The position numbers and the translations under genes were made by a program. The notes beneath the pieces were generated by a model. The model was given only the letters and a program-made list of their open reading frames with translations. It was not told the origin of the DNA and ran no database searches. From positions 98,580,001 to 98,644,000 of the forward strand of contig OX597816.1 of NCBI GenBank assembly GCA_951406725.2: a DNA stretch of 64,000 bases. Reading direction: 5' to 3'. Origin of the DNA: Octopus vulgaris. Its lineage: Eukaryota. Every line of letters begins with the position of its first letter. The first letter of the stretch is position 1. Shown here in pieces: positions 40,728 through 56,924 of the stretch.

Positions 40728-43700
40728 TATATATATACACATCTCGACATATAAATTATAGATGTATTCATATAAAAACGAATGTATGTGTTTGTTTGCG
40801 TGTATGTGTTTTGTGCTCGTGCGTGCGTTTATTTACAGACTGTACAAATTTCTTAAACAATGATAAATTAGGTTGTCAAGAACTGAAAATACTAAAATAA
40901 TTAATAAGTGAGTGTGCACTGCATATATTATTAATGTGCGTATGATAATTTTGGTATCCATAAATATTTATTTCATATTTATTTGTATACGTCTACTTAA
41001 ATGGAAATACATCTAGCCGAGATCTTCAATACGTCTTCTCGAGAAGTTCAATAATTGAATAGTTCAAAACGGCTTGTAGTTCTTACTTTAGTTTAGATGT
41101 ATTGATTAAGGCTATCTATGTGGATCAATTCAATGAATGTCATATTCTGAAAACATTTTATGGAATTTATTGTAGGGCACACATGGTGATTAGAAACAAA
41201 TGTGAGAATGATTATGTTTAATTTTCAGTTTAATTTTTCTAGAGAACAGTCTCTGCTTTTGCTGAATACTATAAGGTTTTCTTCAGTGGCATCGTATTGG
41301 CGAATTGTATTTGCGAGCATTTGAATATGTGTTTGAATTGTAGTGACCTACATATTTTCTTTCATTGCTTCCTACTTGTACTTTTGCAAGTGTGGAGCCT
41401 CTTCTTCTTCTCATCACCTATTGCGGTGACTAAGTATGGATAAACGGAACCCCTTCCCTTCTTTCTGCGTAAAAATTGACAATTTTTTTTAGTCTGAACA
41501 CTAGGTTACTCACATTTGTTGAGTAACGTCTTGCTTGTATTATAAGAATGTTCACGTTAAATAAATGCGTTTAAGTTTTTACAACAATAATTGTAATAAT
41601 TGTACACGCATGTATCTGTGCGTGTGTAAAAGCAAGAGATTGACTGGGTGCATGTATTTCGTTTTCGTTCACATTTATAATTCGATAATATACAAGAGTA
41701 ACCTGTTTCTAGAACCAATAAGATTATAAAAATTATAATTGAACATTGGATAAAAACCAGTGTTAAAATTCGTTGTATTCATTGCTCGATCACTTTGGGA
41801 TATCCTATGCTGGAATTAATATCTAACGCTATCAGCGCTATCAGATGCACAACGCATCATCTGTGTTAACATAAAAGTTACTTTTCATAGTTATTACACA
41901 GTGAAGTGAAATACGATGAAATGTAATAAGAGGTTCTTAGTTGAAAGAAAGTTTTCCAAACACTCATGAAGAAGTTTAATCCCCATTCAACGTGAGTAGG
42001 AGATTATGGTACATCTCGCTAACATCTCTTTTATTTCAGTTAAGCCTTGGAAAGTTATATATTAACATAACATGTTACCGACATTCTTATAGTTATAGAC
42101 TTAAACGTGTAACAAATAATGGAAATTACTAATAACCATGTAAAATATGGAGCTATTCCGTGTTATATTTGATTTCTAACAGGAAGTATTCCAATAGCTA
42201 TGATATACAACTTGAATATATTTTCATAATGTCACACTTCCATAGTAGCTGCTATAATGTTGTGTGCACTCTTGTTCACCTAACATATATCACACAACAT
42301 CACCATCCTGTAATCTAGAGGTATCTAAGAATACATTACTCAATATGTCTTATCTTTTTTAAGACAATGTTTTATTTAAACAAACATTTGGCTTTTATTT
42401 CAAGCACCTCAAACGGGTATATATAAAAACGTTTATCAAGTTTTTCTGTCAGAATGATCAAGACGAGACCTTTCCTCACAGATAAAGCGTCAGCTGTTGG
42501 AATAAAACTTCTAATGGTTCTGATTATCATCAGGAAGCAGATTAAAAGCTATCTCGATATTATTCAATATGGAATTCAAAAGGGAAGCAAGACCTATTGA
42601 TGTCCTATAATTTTGCGCACGTTATATGTTAAAGCATTCCCGCCGTAAACTATTTAGAAGATTTGCTGACCATAATTACATATACCGCGATATGCACAAC
42701 ATCTCTGCTTTCTTTTAACTTGAGAGCACTCGCTGAAATGCAATAAAAAGTTCTTCAAAATTTACTTTTAAGATCGTAAATATTTTCTACACTATTAACG
42801 AAAGCACTTTTTAATAACAGTAATAAACTAACGTAAAAACAACCATTACCGTACAGTAAGGTACTAGCAATTTAAGATTCCAATAATTTAATCAACCAAT
42901 TAGCTACTAATATTACAAGGAGTGGCCTAAGACAGTTTACTAATTTCCCTTGTTACTAAAACGAAAAGAAGCCACACTCATTCAAACAATTTTAACTGAA
43001 CATTTTTGTAAGTGAAGAGTGGAAACATTTACTTAAGAACCAATCAAGCACGAATACCTAAGTTTGTTATTCCCTGACTAACTAGTCAACGTATATACCA
43101 GAGGCTATATTGTTGGCTGTGTACTTTTGAGTTAATGACGTTGGGTGTAATCCGAGTGACATTGCACGACATCTTTTTCTTTTTGCAAGTCTAGCAGCTG
43201 CGTAGATTCCCGAACGCTTACCTCTTCTTGGTGTCGCTAATGTTGGTACTTATTTTCTTATTTGTGAAATATCATTTTCTGCCAATTGCAGCTTTAATGC
43301 TCAATGAAACAAGTTAATTACAGATTCAAATTTTCAGGTTGTGGCTATAGAATCTGTACTGGATCCCCAAAATTGTAGATTCAAATTTCACTTTCATGTC
43401 CTAAGTTCGCCTTTGGAAAATGCTTTTGATTTCAACAGAAAGCAAAGAAACACATCCATATCATTCATTGTCTTTTAATGATAATTTCGTTGCAATATAC
43501 CATCCATAATAGCATCATTCTAGACGTTGCCTACAAATAATAAGAAATTCTGAATAAATATTATGTCTAGTAAGAGAACAGGCTGCAATAAGTTTTTATA
43601 ATAGGTATACTGTCACTTTGATGAAGAATTGACGTTGTCACTTTCCGTTTAATTCTGTTGTAGCGCTTAATGATTCGTGTATTATATGCATGGGAATTTT

Positions 43701-46700
43701 TAAAACAAAGCTTATCAAATAACATACCGCTAAAATTCTTGATTTATTATAATTATCTCCGCCCTTAAAGGGTGTAACATAATTACCAAATAGCAATTAA
43801 GACTAGTTTCACTTCATAACAGGAGGTATTCTCAAGCTTCAAGAATGCGCCAAAGTTGATATGTCGTAATGGAAAAAGACATTGTTAATGTTTAGAGAGA
43901 AGAGGGTGGTTATAGAAGGATGAATATAAAGACAAGCCGAGTTAAACTTAAATAGCATATGCCAGCACTGATTATAGAAAAAAATATGATTTTTTTGGTA
44001 TCGAGATTTAAAGAGTTGCTATCACAGGAAAGATTTAAAATTTGTCCATTTCTAGAATTTTAGCTAGAAGGAAACTATTCCTCTTATAAACTAATGTGGA
44101 TATCTCTGCGTGTTGCACAAATTGTATTCTACTATTTAACAAAGTAAAGCCTCCTGTACATAACGCACTCATATAAACATTATTAGAAAAGCAAAATTTA
44201 AATGATTGCCAATATGTTGCCCATGTGCCAATTTGGGTAGGTTTACGGTGAAAGAAAACCACAGAAACCTATCTTCATTCACTGGGTTGAATATTTTTTC
44301 ATTCTGTGATCCCCTAAGGTGCAATTAAATGCGTTAACTGATACGGTGCACTTGACAAAGCATGTTCTTTGTGGTATCAGATTGCTTAATCATGGATTAA
44401 ATCAAATAATTGCTTAGAATTCTAATGGAAATTCTATGTTGATATTGTGCCTCAAATACACCATTCAGTTGAGTGAGGCTCACAACCAAGATTTAATTCA
44501 TCTACTGTTCCTAAACAAAAACAAATCAACTTTGAATGATGCAGACCTTTAGCTCCGAACGATCATGAAACTAAATCCTGACGCACCCGTTTTTCCCCAA
44601 CCAACTGTCCTGTATATTATATAAGTATTTTATAATTATATTTTTGAGAATATGCTGACAGGGAGCAAAACTAACGAATTATCTGCAATGCAAGAATTCG
44701 CGGATGAATGTCAGAGGGATAAATGTGCAGAGAAATATATCTAATTTAATTTTCTGCTACGTCATTAGTGATGAAAAAAAATGATTTTAAAAAGACATTT
44801 TACTTATATGGCAGTGGAACAAGATATATGCTAACGAAACTAATTTTCCTTGCCTATGCCAAAGGGGAGATATCATTACACAGAATGTTTGAATTAAATA
44901 TCTGCAAATTTATTGGTTACATAGGAACAGCACTTTCACTACGCAAGCTCCAATTAAAATGGTTTAAAACTGAACTTTCAGAATACGTCTCCTCAAAACG
45001 GAGAAGCCTTAATATTTCTTATAATCTACTGCTTTAATATGATTTGAATATTCTTATAAACTACGTTTTATACCTTTTGAAGATTTTATCATATTTAAAT
45101 ACATCGATATGTTTCAATACATATTCTGCACATTAATAGTGAGTTGGTTTAGCTATGTTCAAGTATTACTTTATGATATCTTAAGAATTGTAGTGGAGGG
45201 GCTTAAAAACACTAAATAAACCCCAGAATGTGCATGACACACATATCGATATTTACAATTGCTAAGACAAATAAAAAATTAGGATTTTATGATAAAGACG
45301 AGGCATTAATTATTGCACCGTTGATAGAGTAATATCATTATGGCTTTCAGATTGCAATTATTAATTATCTTCTTTCCAGCATCATCATCGATCACAAGCA
45401 GCATGATGATAGCATTATGAAAATATTCTCCTACGAGATATACATAAACTTGTGAGATATATCGTTACCAACTTAACGCAAATATCTTCCAGTCTATTCT
45501 AAATTATGATGTTTCTGCAAAGACAGTCTACAGTTACTACTTTTTAAATCTAAATTCGCAACTCACATACTAGATAAATCTTTTCCAAACTATTCCTTCT
45601 GACATCAGCAGATTCACCACTACGTTGAATCTGAAATCAAATACATTCTCTTCAAACTAACCACACCAACAGCTGTAGAAATATCATTTCCATAACCTTT
45701 AAAAAATGCGATACAGATTCCATATACTTATCAAATATTCCGACCTCTCTCACTCTACATACCAATCCAAAGCGAGTAACGTTAACAATCTATTTTTTAA
45801 TAATGATTTGTAGGTACATGGTATTTCGTTATGCAACCACAATACATTATAAAGAATTTTTAATGGTTTTTATAAGTAAATACCGCGTTCTACTGTGTTA
45901 GCAGTGGTTTTTACATTATTTTATTAAGGTTATTTCTTCAGATATTCTATATCCCAGAATGACAACTCTTCTGAGCCTGCCAACTCACTCGCACTTCAAA
46001 CACCGTAATGTTTACGATGACATCCATAAATAACATACAAAACTGATCTGCTTCTTTATTGCTCACCAATATGGCTGTTGTGAAGCCATTTAACTCAACA
46101 GTTAAGGAGGTAAACGTTGTAGCACGTACCATCGGCATATCTTTTAGCTCTGATCGACACATTTAACAATTGATAAGCCTGCTTGTCTGAGGGCTCCCTT
46201 TGCCGTGCGTCACTTCGATTAGTCGCAATCGTGATGATTGTTTTATCTCATGGTGTGCTCATAGAGCTATATCTGACTGACACTGTATCAAGATTGATCC
46301 GCCTTAAGACTCGACACAGGATCAATGCTGGTCTTCTCAGATAATTATTTGTCCACCACGACGTTTTTTCCCACTTGCTCCGCTCGAGAACGCAATTTGA
46401 TCAAGACTAAATTAAAAAAAAATAAGACAAATCAAAGTAGAAACAAGACTAATACTGACAAAACTATGGAATACAATATATACTACACGATTTTTAAAAA
46501 TATTTTACATATACCTACCGTGTGCATTTTGTTACCAGTTTTATATTATCAGCTTCTTAATCACGCTATTATGTAATTGAGCTCGAGTGCAATTATTAAA
46601 TGGAAACACACTGGTAATTTGACATCCCATGCAGTGATTTAATTGAGGGAATATAATATCGACATTATTTCTTGAGGGGAAAATGATAATTTCAAGAATA

Positions 46701-47650
46701 TTATTGATCAACATTTCTGGATAATGTTTTATTTTGAATTGCAATTTCGCAGATATCTGTATTACATCCAATATTTATTTTGATTTAATTTTACTAAGTA
46801 CACACACCTTATATTTTTGAATTGCGAGGAAATGAAAGTTTAATTACACATATGCCTATGGCACTAGCGTGATTCGACAGTAAGCCGAAATGGGCTCGTG
46901 CACTTGACCTGCTGGGATCCTCCCTCTGGTTTGCAACGTTTATACAATTCCTAATGGCGTATTAGCAATCTTTTTATAAAATTATTTTTATCAAACTATA
47001 TTGTCTTCAGGGGAGAGAGAAATACGAGTTGGATTGTATGTTTATTTCCTAATTACGTTGTCAAATCTAATGCAAAAAATGACTAGAAATAAGTTAAGTT
47101 GAATATTCAGTTTAATTTCAAGTCCACATGATACATACCAGTAATACACTCACTACATTACCATCTCTGTGTGAAAGAACCTAATTTCATATTGATATTC
47201 CAATCAATATTTTACAATTCGAGTGCTTTACAATTACAATACTATTAACTTCAACTGAAATATTAATGTCTGCAGAACATATTGAAACCAATCAGCTACA
47301 ATATTTTGTTAAAGATAGTCTTCTGTTAAAAGACTGCGACGGGCACTAATTTACTTGAACATAATTTATCAATAAAAAAATTATAGCAGAGACAAATATT
47401 GTCTTCATTTAAGATACATTTAATGTAATTTAAACATTCATTCAAAAAATAAACATTCCTTACCTAATAAGTGCTAGATAACATGCAGTCCCATGCGTTA
47501 ATAGATAGAAAGGTATATACATACATTTCCATAGATATACGAAGAGAGACATTTGTATATATGTATGATCTTAACTATTTGTATTCATATACATGTATGT
47601 GTGCGATATGTGTGTACGTGTGTGCGTGTGTCCGAGTGTATGTATGAATG

Positions 47651-47689
<39 letters not shown>

Positions 47690-47695
47690 GCACAC

Positions 47696-47777
<82 letters not shown>

Positions 47778-48234
47778 CCTTCTCAAGATAGCTGCCGTTG
47801 TTCACAGAGAATACTTGGGAAATTGTCTTCAATGTTGCAACAAAATTTAATAAAAATATGAGAAAGGCTTTGGAAGAACATGAGCAGAATATCACATTCA
47901 GTAAACCATATAAACCTTCTATATACATATCTAAAGACAAATATTTTCTTAGTTAGTCACGTTTCTTGCCAGTCGAACCGTGTAGCGAACACTATATTCT
48001 ATCCCTAAATTCTAAAGCCTAAGCTCCAAAGGTTAACATTTCCAAGGTGCAAAATGCAAGCCTAACATTTTTGTTCAGAATATTGCTCTTCTAAGTTATA
48101 AAGACAATTTATGGAAAGTTAAACATTCAAATCTTATAGCCTAATGCGGCTTCTCGAAAGCAGTTTGCTAGGGCGAAGAATGAACAAAAATTTATCTAGT
48201 TTTCTGTCTATCTAATATTCTATCTATAAACAAA

Positions 48235-48535
48235 CTAAGGCAGTTCAGCTCTGAGACAGCATTAGAACAAACGACATATATATCATCATGTCATCGGCAA
48301 TATACACGGCGGAAAAGTGGGAAACATCGCCAAAGATGGCGAAGTATCAATGTATTTCAACTACGATGCCTCCGGTGGATACTGCGGCTATCATAACAGC
48401 ACCACATCACCAAAGCCGAGATACACAACCGAACTGATACCCGTCCACTCAAAGACGCTGTGATTGAGCACCGTTTGCGCTTCGCAGGCCATGTCCTCCG
48501 AATACCATCGTCGCGGGATGCAAAAAACCGCAGTT
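48235..48535 (+). mobile_element. RTE-clade LINE 3' fragment
   Basis: VFQLRCLRWILRLS*QHHITKAEIHNRT...HRLRFAGHVLRIP is a typical RTE C-terminus. Confidence 0.8.
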
Positions 48536-48544
48536 CTGTGGAAG

Positions 48545-48584
<40 letters not shown>

Positions 48585-51500
48585 GGTATGTATGTATACG
48601 TGTGTGGCGTGTATACCAAAAATCTTCCCAAATACACTAATATTATATTTCTAGTTCGAAGCATCGTTTATAACCATAATCAAGTGTGACCAATACAAGA
48701 TTACCTCGCACATAACTTGAATATCTCTCTAATGTCCTCAAAGTACGTTTGCTAAATTTATATCGATTCAGTATTCTAATGATGTCTTGCTTCCTTTTGC
48801 TAAGAAATAAAACACTGTACTTTTTATAAAATTAGCAGTGTGCTTTATAAGTAAAGAAAACTTTTTTCCGATGACTGATATTTAAAATGTGTAATGTAGG
48901 TGAAAATATCTTCAAATATATCAAGTCTACAGCACGTTATCTCACTTACTTCATAAATTCTATTATCGTGAATATATTTATGTAGCATTCAATTTAATGG
49001 ATGATTCTATTACAATGAAGACTAAGTAATCAATAAACATTGCTAAAATTTGTTTTTATGTGTGATCCCCTTGCTAATCTTCCCTATCTTGCCAATTTGA
49101 TTTCTCAACATATTTGAATAACAATTAAATACACTTTCGTCAAAGGATTACAAAATTTTATCAGTTTTTTCTCTTTAGAAAAATGTATAGATCTTTTCCT
49201 GCTCCACAATATTCAATTAATAGACATAATATTAACATGAACAGTTTAATTCTGAGTCACGCTGGTTGCGAAGATGGAGAAGAGAAACAAAGACGGAAAT
49301 TAATGATATCAGTGATACATCAACACAGATAAAGTACGAAAGAAATCGATATTAATTCGATATTGTAAGATATCAAAAGAATGTTGAAATTAAATTCTAA
49401 TCGTTATATGGTATTTCTATGGAAATAAAGTATTGTTATTTCAGAGAAATTAATGTTTCTTACGGACATGTTTTAGTTAGTTATTCTTTTAATGATTCTT
49501 AATGAAATCGTTGTGGGAGCTCATCAAGTAAGAGTTATATCTATCGATATTTGATATAAGACTGGAGAACAAAACTTCATTTGCATATTCAAATATTTAC
49601 AACAAACATTAATCAAATATTGAAGATTTGATTCATTATGTTGATACTCGATGCTAGTGAAATATTTAAACAGTAAAATTGAGATATTGCGTCGTAGAAC
49701 AGTGGACTATTTACATCTCTATTGAGAATATTTGACATTGTTTGATCAGCCCAAGCGATTTCTTTCATTGTTACATTCGAATATATGATCTGCATATAGC
49801 CAGAAACTAAAATTTTGTCCGCCAGTAAATAGTGATAAACTTCGTGAGATAGCAATAAATGGCTTCAATCGAAATGAGTATAATTTACATTTCCTACCTC
49901 TGTGTTTTATATTTGCTAAATCATCCTGAAATCAGTTCACTTCTGATTTGAATTCATGGCTTGAATGCAAGAAGACGATTTAGATCATATTTCGTCCAAC
50001 AATTGTTTATACGTGACCGAAAATTATAGAATTATTGGATTTCTCTCAAGATAAATAGAAAGATTATAAATATTTGATACCGGAAGGCATTTTAAAATTA
50101 CGTGCATTTTGCATAACAAAATTTTAATGAGGTCAAGTAGGTGAGTATGTTAATCAGAGAAAATTTATGCAATAGAACGTTACTTTTATATGTCTGCTTT
50201 TTGCATGCAAATTGTATAAAAAGGCAAAATATTTACGCATAAGTACGTGCGCATATATATATGCATATGTGTGCATACATTCACAAACACACACACAAGC
50301 ACACTATCACACATTTATACATACACACACACGCATACACACATATATACAAGTATTATTTATGGATGTTTTCTTTTACACGTTATGCCATGCACCATGT
50401 CATTTCTTCGAATGCTTTCTTCAGTTGAGTAATTAATATTATTCAGATCCAATATATTATGCATATATTTCAAATTTATAAAGTAATCCTGTAGTTGATA
50501 TTGATAATTCTACACGAAAAATCTTTGTTCATTGAAATAATGTAATATATCAAATTTGCATCGAAATACACAATAGTAAAACAATCCCAAGTTTTATTTC
50601 ATTTCGGGTTTCATTTCCACATACGTTTAAAATTCCCTTTACAAAGAAGTGAATATAGAATCAAAATAAGAAAATGTTATATAAACGTGATACGCACATT
50701 TTATACAACATTATTCCGGGCATATGTTTAGACACGAGTCAGTAAAATTATTGTTGTAAATTACGTAACAAAACGTATTTCACTTTTACACATAAACTCA
50801 CAAGATTTACATAATGGTGCTTATAAGAGTAAAAACAATTTTCAATAGAAAACGAAACGTATGGAAATCACATAAATAAGCTCTTACGATATTTGTGCAA
50901 ACTCATTTTTATAAGATCTCTAATCGATTACCACGGTAATATTCGACGCTTAAAAAATACCAAACCCACAAACTATGAGCTAATGCTCATGAACTTATTC
51001 TACAATTATTCTTTCTTTCAAGTGTCGCTGAAATATATTCACAAAATATAGTAGAATTAAAAGTGCGTAATGGATATAGACTTATAACTGTCTCCATCAA
51101 ATTTCGCTGAATGGCTTAATCTCGTGAGTAGCGTCTTGAGTAAATTATAACAAAAGCGGTCATCTATCTTTAAAGTATATTCCTAGTTCGTGTTATGAAC
51201 ACAGCAAGGCCTCATAGCGTTCAATCAAAATATTTGTTGCTCTTCGACTACATTAACTAAATAGCTTCACGCACATAAACACACGGTGTCATCATTTCTG
51301 TTTCGCACATTTACTCCCTCTCTCGTCAAAACTGCACGCACACACCTGTATATAATGTGTTTGCTCTAGTTTTTCATTCACTTTTCCTTCTGATAATTAT
51401 GCATATTTCCGAATTCTATCTTATATGGCTATTTTCTATTTGTAGGACAGGCTATCACCAAAATTGCAAAGACAATGAAAGTCCACTTGTGACTCTCATT

Positions 51501-52142
51501 GGATTTCGATAGATATAAGTCTATTTGTAGTTTAGTCCATTGAATTTCTTTACGGAAAAAAAAATTATGCAGGAATTGTTCGGAATGATTCGTTTCTTCG
51601 TATTATAAAGATGGATAATTGACTAAAGATGTTACACATTCATCGTTAGCCAACTTATTTATTCATAAATTTAATAATACAGACATGGTCAAATTGTGAA
51701 CACAAGTAAACCAAGTGCTTCTACCATTGTTCTTTTGGCATAGACACAAAATATGACTGAAATGAAGTTATTGTATAAACGGATATGCATACATAATTAT
51801 TTCAATTAATGTGACTGTTAAGAGCCTTTGTGGAAATAGCGGAATTGATTATATTACACCTTAATGTTACATCTCATTACGTTCCGCTCTCTCACCTTGA
51901 ATTTCAAAACAATTCAATTGTAATTTTAATGCTTTCTTCCATAATGTGTAAGCATTAAATATAATGCAATTAATAAAGATGCACATCAACGGTCTATAAT
52001 GATCAAAAACGCATTGCTATCATAGGCGAGTTGGAAACAAAAAAAAATTAAATTGATTATGAATTGAATGAGAAAATAGAATATATATTCATCTTATATA
52101 ATTATTTCGTTGTTCCTAACTATACGAAAATATACTCCGTGA

Positions 52143-52200
<58 letters not shown>

Positions 52201-52321
52201 TAAAGTTAAAGAGGCCTCGTTGATGTAGTTACACATGCGCACAATCATACGTAAACGTATATATATATATACATACTCATATTGTTATAATCATATACAT
52301 ACGCATGGGTGTGTCTGTGTG

Positions 52322-52371
<50 letters not shown>

Positions 52372-53285
52372 GTAGGCATTGCATATGTTTGCGAATTTAA
52401 GTTTTAATCAGCTCCACGTCGCTTAAATTTTCATGGGCGCGATGGACATGTCCATGTAATTATATATTAAGTGCAGCGTAGTAGATTTGGAAGGAATGCA
52501 CGATGGTTCCTAGATGTTTACACATCTTTTGCATTTTCAGATCACACGTTCATAATTCAATCAAAACTGCACTCATTAAAATTTCGTATTGATATGTTTC
52601 TATATTATGTTGGTGGCGGGGTACTGGCTCTACACTGGCGCCAGGGCCCGGCATAATGTACGCACACCTTGACAATTGGTTGACCGTATTCTATACAAGA
52701 AGCTTAATTACCGTCGTTCGTTGGACGGCTAGGCTAAGGGATGTATAACAGCGATGTCAATAACCAGTGGCTTGAAGTTTATTAATAAGATGTGCACTTG
52801 TTTCAACAGTCGATGCCACCTCTGCGATTTCAGTAGTAACCCTCAGCCATCAACTTTCTTTCATCCCGTATTCAAGAAAATCACCTTCGTTTAAATTAAC
52901 ACAAGTTGATTAGCTTTGTTCTTCTATGCTCAGTTATATTTTTCACAGTGCACGTACTAATGTTTCTTAAATAGACATTTCTCTTTCACTGTGTGTGTGT
53001 GTGTGTTTGTGTGTGTTTGTGTGTCTGTGTGTGCGTGTCTGTGTGTGTGCTGTGTCGTGTCTGTTTCCCAAATAAGCATCCAATTTCAATATTGCAATTG
53101 CCGCAAGGAGCTGTAATGTGATGTACAAGCACACAGCCCTGAGTGTGCTGCAACCTATAGCGGAAACAACTGTAAGCATATGAAGTTGTTTACATAATTT
53201 CTGCTTCCTTGTTACTTGATTAATGTCATGTAAACATTTGTCTATTTATATATGTATTCACATGCATGTACCTATCTAGCTATCA

Positions 53286-53346
<61 letters not shown>

Positions 53347-53399
53347 GTCACTGTATCTACCAAGCTATCGCATGGTGTTATTGTACCACTAGTTACAAT

Positions 53400-53590
53400 G
53401 TAACTCCGATTCTTTCTTACATTCGCCATTCGTTTTCCGTCTAAGCCCAGGCCTTTAAATCTTATTCCCATCTTCGGAGCGGTCCCCTAAATGGTCTTTG
53501 CCATATCTCGGGTGTCAATGGGCAACTGCATATGTCTTCCTGTTGTCTTCATAATTTGGGCATATCCGGCCCAACACAACGTGTATTCTA
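53400..53590 (-). mobile_element. RTE-clade LINE 3' fragment, decayed
   Basis: Minus strand WAGYAQ...DNRKTYAVAH*HPRYGK resembles the WAGH..DNRW..W.PR.GKR motif. Confidence 0.5.
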
Positions 53591-54969
53591 CAATCACGTT
53601 GTACATACTGCTCCATTTAATAATTACCAAATTTAGGATGTGCTCTCGCAGTGTTTATTCCTAAACATACAATTCCGTACGTATAGCTATATGTAAAAGC
53701 GAAGCAATATACAACAGCGTTGATCATTTCTATCATTATCGTCAATGCGGCAAAACATGTATTCATAATTGTTTGAGGTAAAATAAGGTATCTGGGGAAA
53801 TCAATTAAGGCATTTCAGTTCATTGGAAGTGGTGACAATTAAAATTATGATGAGCCTACAAAATCGATGATAATGAGACAGTGATAAGAATGCACCCACG
53901 TAATAATACATAAGCTAGGTTTCAGGTTCCCAATTACAGGTTTGCGTTATTGCCAGTGGAGATTAGATTTGTTTTTGTATTAGAATATGTTCATATTTAT
54001 GTGTACATCATTGTATATACAACAGCATTTTCTTTCAATATGCCTTTCTCTATAATATAAGACATGCGCCTGCACACTTATAAATATATATACAAACACT
54101 CATACACATACACATATTTATATAATTACGCTCATCAGATGTAGCCAATATGGAATGGGTTATGGCGACTGCTCTCCACTGCCGGGGATAGATTAGCACA
54201 CCGGTCAACGATTGCAACGAAAATAGTGGTGAAACAAAAAAATGGTCAGAGTATTTGGCTAGGTGTTATGTCCCTTGGTTAGGTATGTTTTGAATTCGGC
54301 GTGAGTTATCTTGAAGTGCAAAAAGTGTGTATTAATAATGGGATGTCTGGTATTGGGTGTGCGGTATGTATAGCAGAGTCGTATCTATAATTTTTTGTGG
54401 GCGTAGCTATATATTGCGATTGGTTATGGTCTGTTTTCTTTTTGTAAAAGGTAAAGTGGTGGGGTCCTAGCGTGCGGGGGTTTGTGTTGGGGGTGGTGGG
54501 GATAGTTATATGCGTGATGTCTGCCTTATAGGGTGTGCCTATGTGTACATGCGTGAATTGGTGTGTGTCTTGGGCAAACTCTTTTTCCCCAAGAGCACAG
54601 GTAGAAGTTCGTTTGTTCGAGGTCGAAGCAGGGGATCAGAGGTTGCAGTCATAGTGGCTCACGCAGGTGTGATAAAATATACTTTCTTTCATGCGGTCAG
54701 GAATTAAACCTCTTACTCCTGTTATCGAGCTAAGCATCCGGGCCTTCGGCACATTTTAAAATCGCTCTCTCCTTTGCCAGGCATAATCTTCACTCCCTAC
54801 AACTAATGAAGTATGGCTTGCATCTTTCTACGATCTTCCAGTTTACTCTGCACCCCGTAGCGCTTTATTTTAAACCCCAGACGTACTTGGCTAGGGTTGT
54901 GGTTATACGTCTATCTGGGATGATGAATGAGGAGTTGTGGTTATTACTGCGGCCCTAAACCTAACCCTA

Positions 54970-55317
54970 AGCTGAAGATCAGTGAAAAAGAGAACACCTA
55001 TGCTGAAATATTGAGAAATCTGCAGTTACTCTATCCAGATTACAAGTTCAGGTATTAGGGCCCTGGGATATGTAACACACTGTCTAAATACCAATCTTGA
55101 GAAATTAGTCTTCCCATAACCAGAAAGCAAAGAAGCTAATTCGATGACTACAGATTCAGTCCATCACTGGAACTGTAAAATACTTTCCAGAGATTTAACA
55201 TTTAAATATATGTGAGCCTGTCTAGATATGCAACTATATGCATGAGAATACATGCATAAAACATACAAAAATGCACATGCATACATACAGACATAAATAT
55301 ATGTATATATATATGTA

Positions 55318-55371
<54 letters not shown>

Positions 55372-55500
55372 TACATACGTACATACAAACAAAAATACCT
55401 TGTTGATGTTGAAATTCCAATGAAGGAGCTTTGGATATAGGTTAGAAACCGGTTCTTTCTCTAACGACAAGGAATCTTGAAATAATCTGAATTATGACAT
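54970..55500 (+). mobile_element. R4/Dong-like 3' end: restriction-like endonuclease tail and 3' UTR with an internal microsatellite
   Basis: KISEKENTYAEILRNLQLLYPDYKF...ALGYVTHCLNTNLEKL...LQIQSITGTVK, consistent with the K..KY..L / GALG region of RLE elements. Confidence 0.7.
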
Positions 55501-55904
55501 ACATATATAGCTACATACAGTAACACGTACATATATACCAAGATCATTGTGTGTCTAAAACATAGTGACTGATGAGCTGGGAGAAGGAAAGAAGGAAGTT
55601 TGTCAACGAACTGTGCTGTCTGATGTAAGCTTAAAATATCATACACTTTAAACTATGTATATATGCACAGAGGGTGTGAGACAGAAAGAGAAATATCATC
55701 CTCACGTTCTCGTGACTGACGCTGTCAATCACTGGCCGCCTTGCATGACAATCTAGTATTCAGCAATAACTACAGGTATAAGTGTGTGTTTATGCACATG
55801 TGTTTAGATATGCACATGTGTGTGTGCATAAACATAAATATAAGCATACGAGTGCGTAAACATTTATGCATATATATGTCTCTGTGTGTATGTATACATA
55901 CCTG

Positions 55905-55990
<86 letters not shown>

Positions 55991-56924
55991 CACACACACA
56001 CATATGTACACAAACTTCTTTGCGAAGAACACGCACAGACACACACACAAATACAAGTATTAATTTTAGCAGTTATGCAGTTGTTAACTTCCTTGGGTGC
56101 AATATTTCTCATTTGTAGCATAATTATATTTCATGCGTACATAATGGATTCTACGTCGCATATGAATCACAGTGATGAGTATAACATGAAAGAATTACAA
56201 TGAAGATTCTTGCTGATGAACAACCTGTGAACGTTTTTTTTTTAATGATATTCTGTGTAAACAATCAATGATTTTACGTGACATCATTAGTAGTGATAAC
56301 GATAACTAGTTGTGCTAATACTAATGCTATAGTAAATGAATGAAATATTAATAATCATTGCTGTCTCATGCACAAGACTATGAATTTGGAGAGACGTAAG
56401 TTAGTGACTCCTGCGTGAATAGTTCTTTATTTAACATTTGTGGGAAGATGATGAAAAAAACGCCCCCTGAGCTCGGCGGAATTTGAACTTGGAATGCAAA
56501 TAGTTGTCGCAAATACCGTGAGCTATTTTTCGATCATGGAGCAATTCAGCCGGCTCAGGTAATTTAAACATGTCCTTCTTGTTTAGCACAACGCAATCAT
56601 TTATTGGCGAGTGGGTGTGGGTGTAATTGTTTGACTTATTTCCGGTCCCCCTTTTTTTTGTTTTTAATACAATTCACTTTTAGCTATCTTGAAGTGACAA
56701 GTGGTAAGGATAACCCACATGGGATCTGAATTCAATACCTAAGTAGTGTGGAGAAATATTAGAATGCAATTTATATTCTGCACACTAATGATTCTGAAAT
56801 TCCATCAGACGTCAAAATGATGATGATGACAATAGACTCCCCTTCGAAGACGACGAATGAGTGTTGAGCTCTTGCTCATGATTTTGTTTATAGTGAGCAA
56901 ATATTCGTACCGAACATTACTTCC

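Noticed and set aside
42490-42540. Minus-strand CTGATGA-taat..atta-GAAG hammerhead-like string
   Set aside because: GAAG instead of GAAA, and no convincing stem I or NUH site.
54180-54950. G/T-skewed, higher-GC stretch, possibly a decayed retroelement on the minus strand
   Set aside because: No identifiable protein motif.
56205-56240. CTGATGA-aca acc tgt-GAAC
   Set aside because: No stem I or III.
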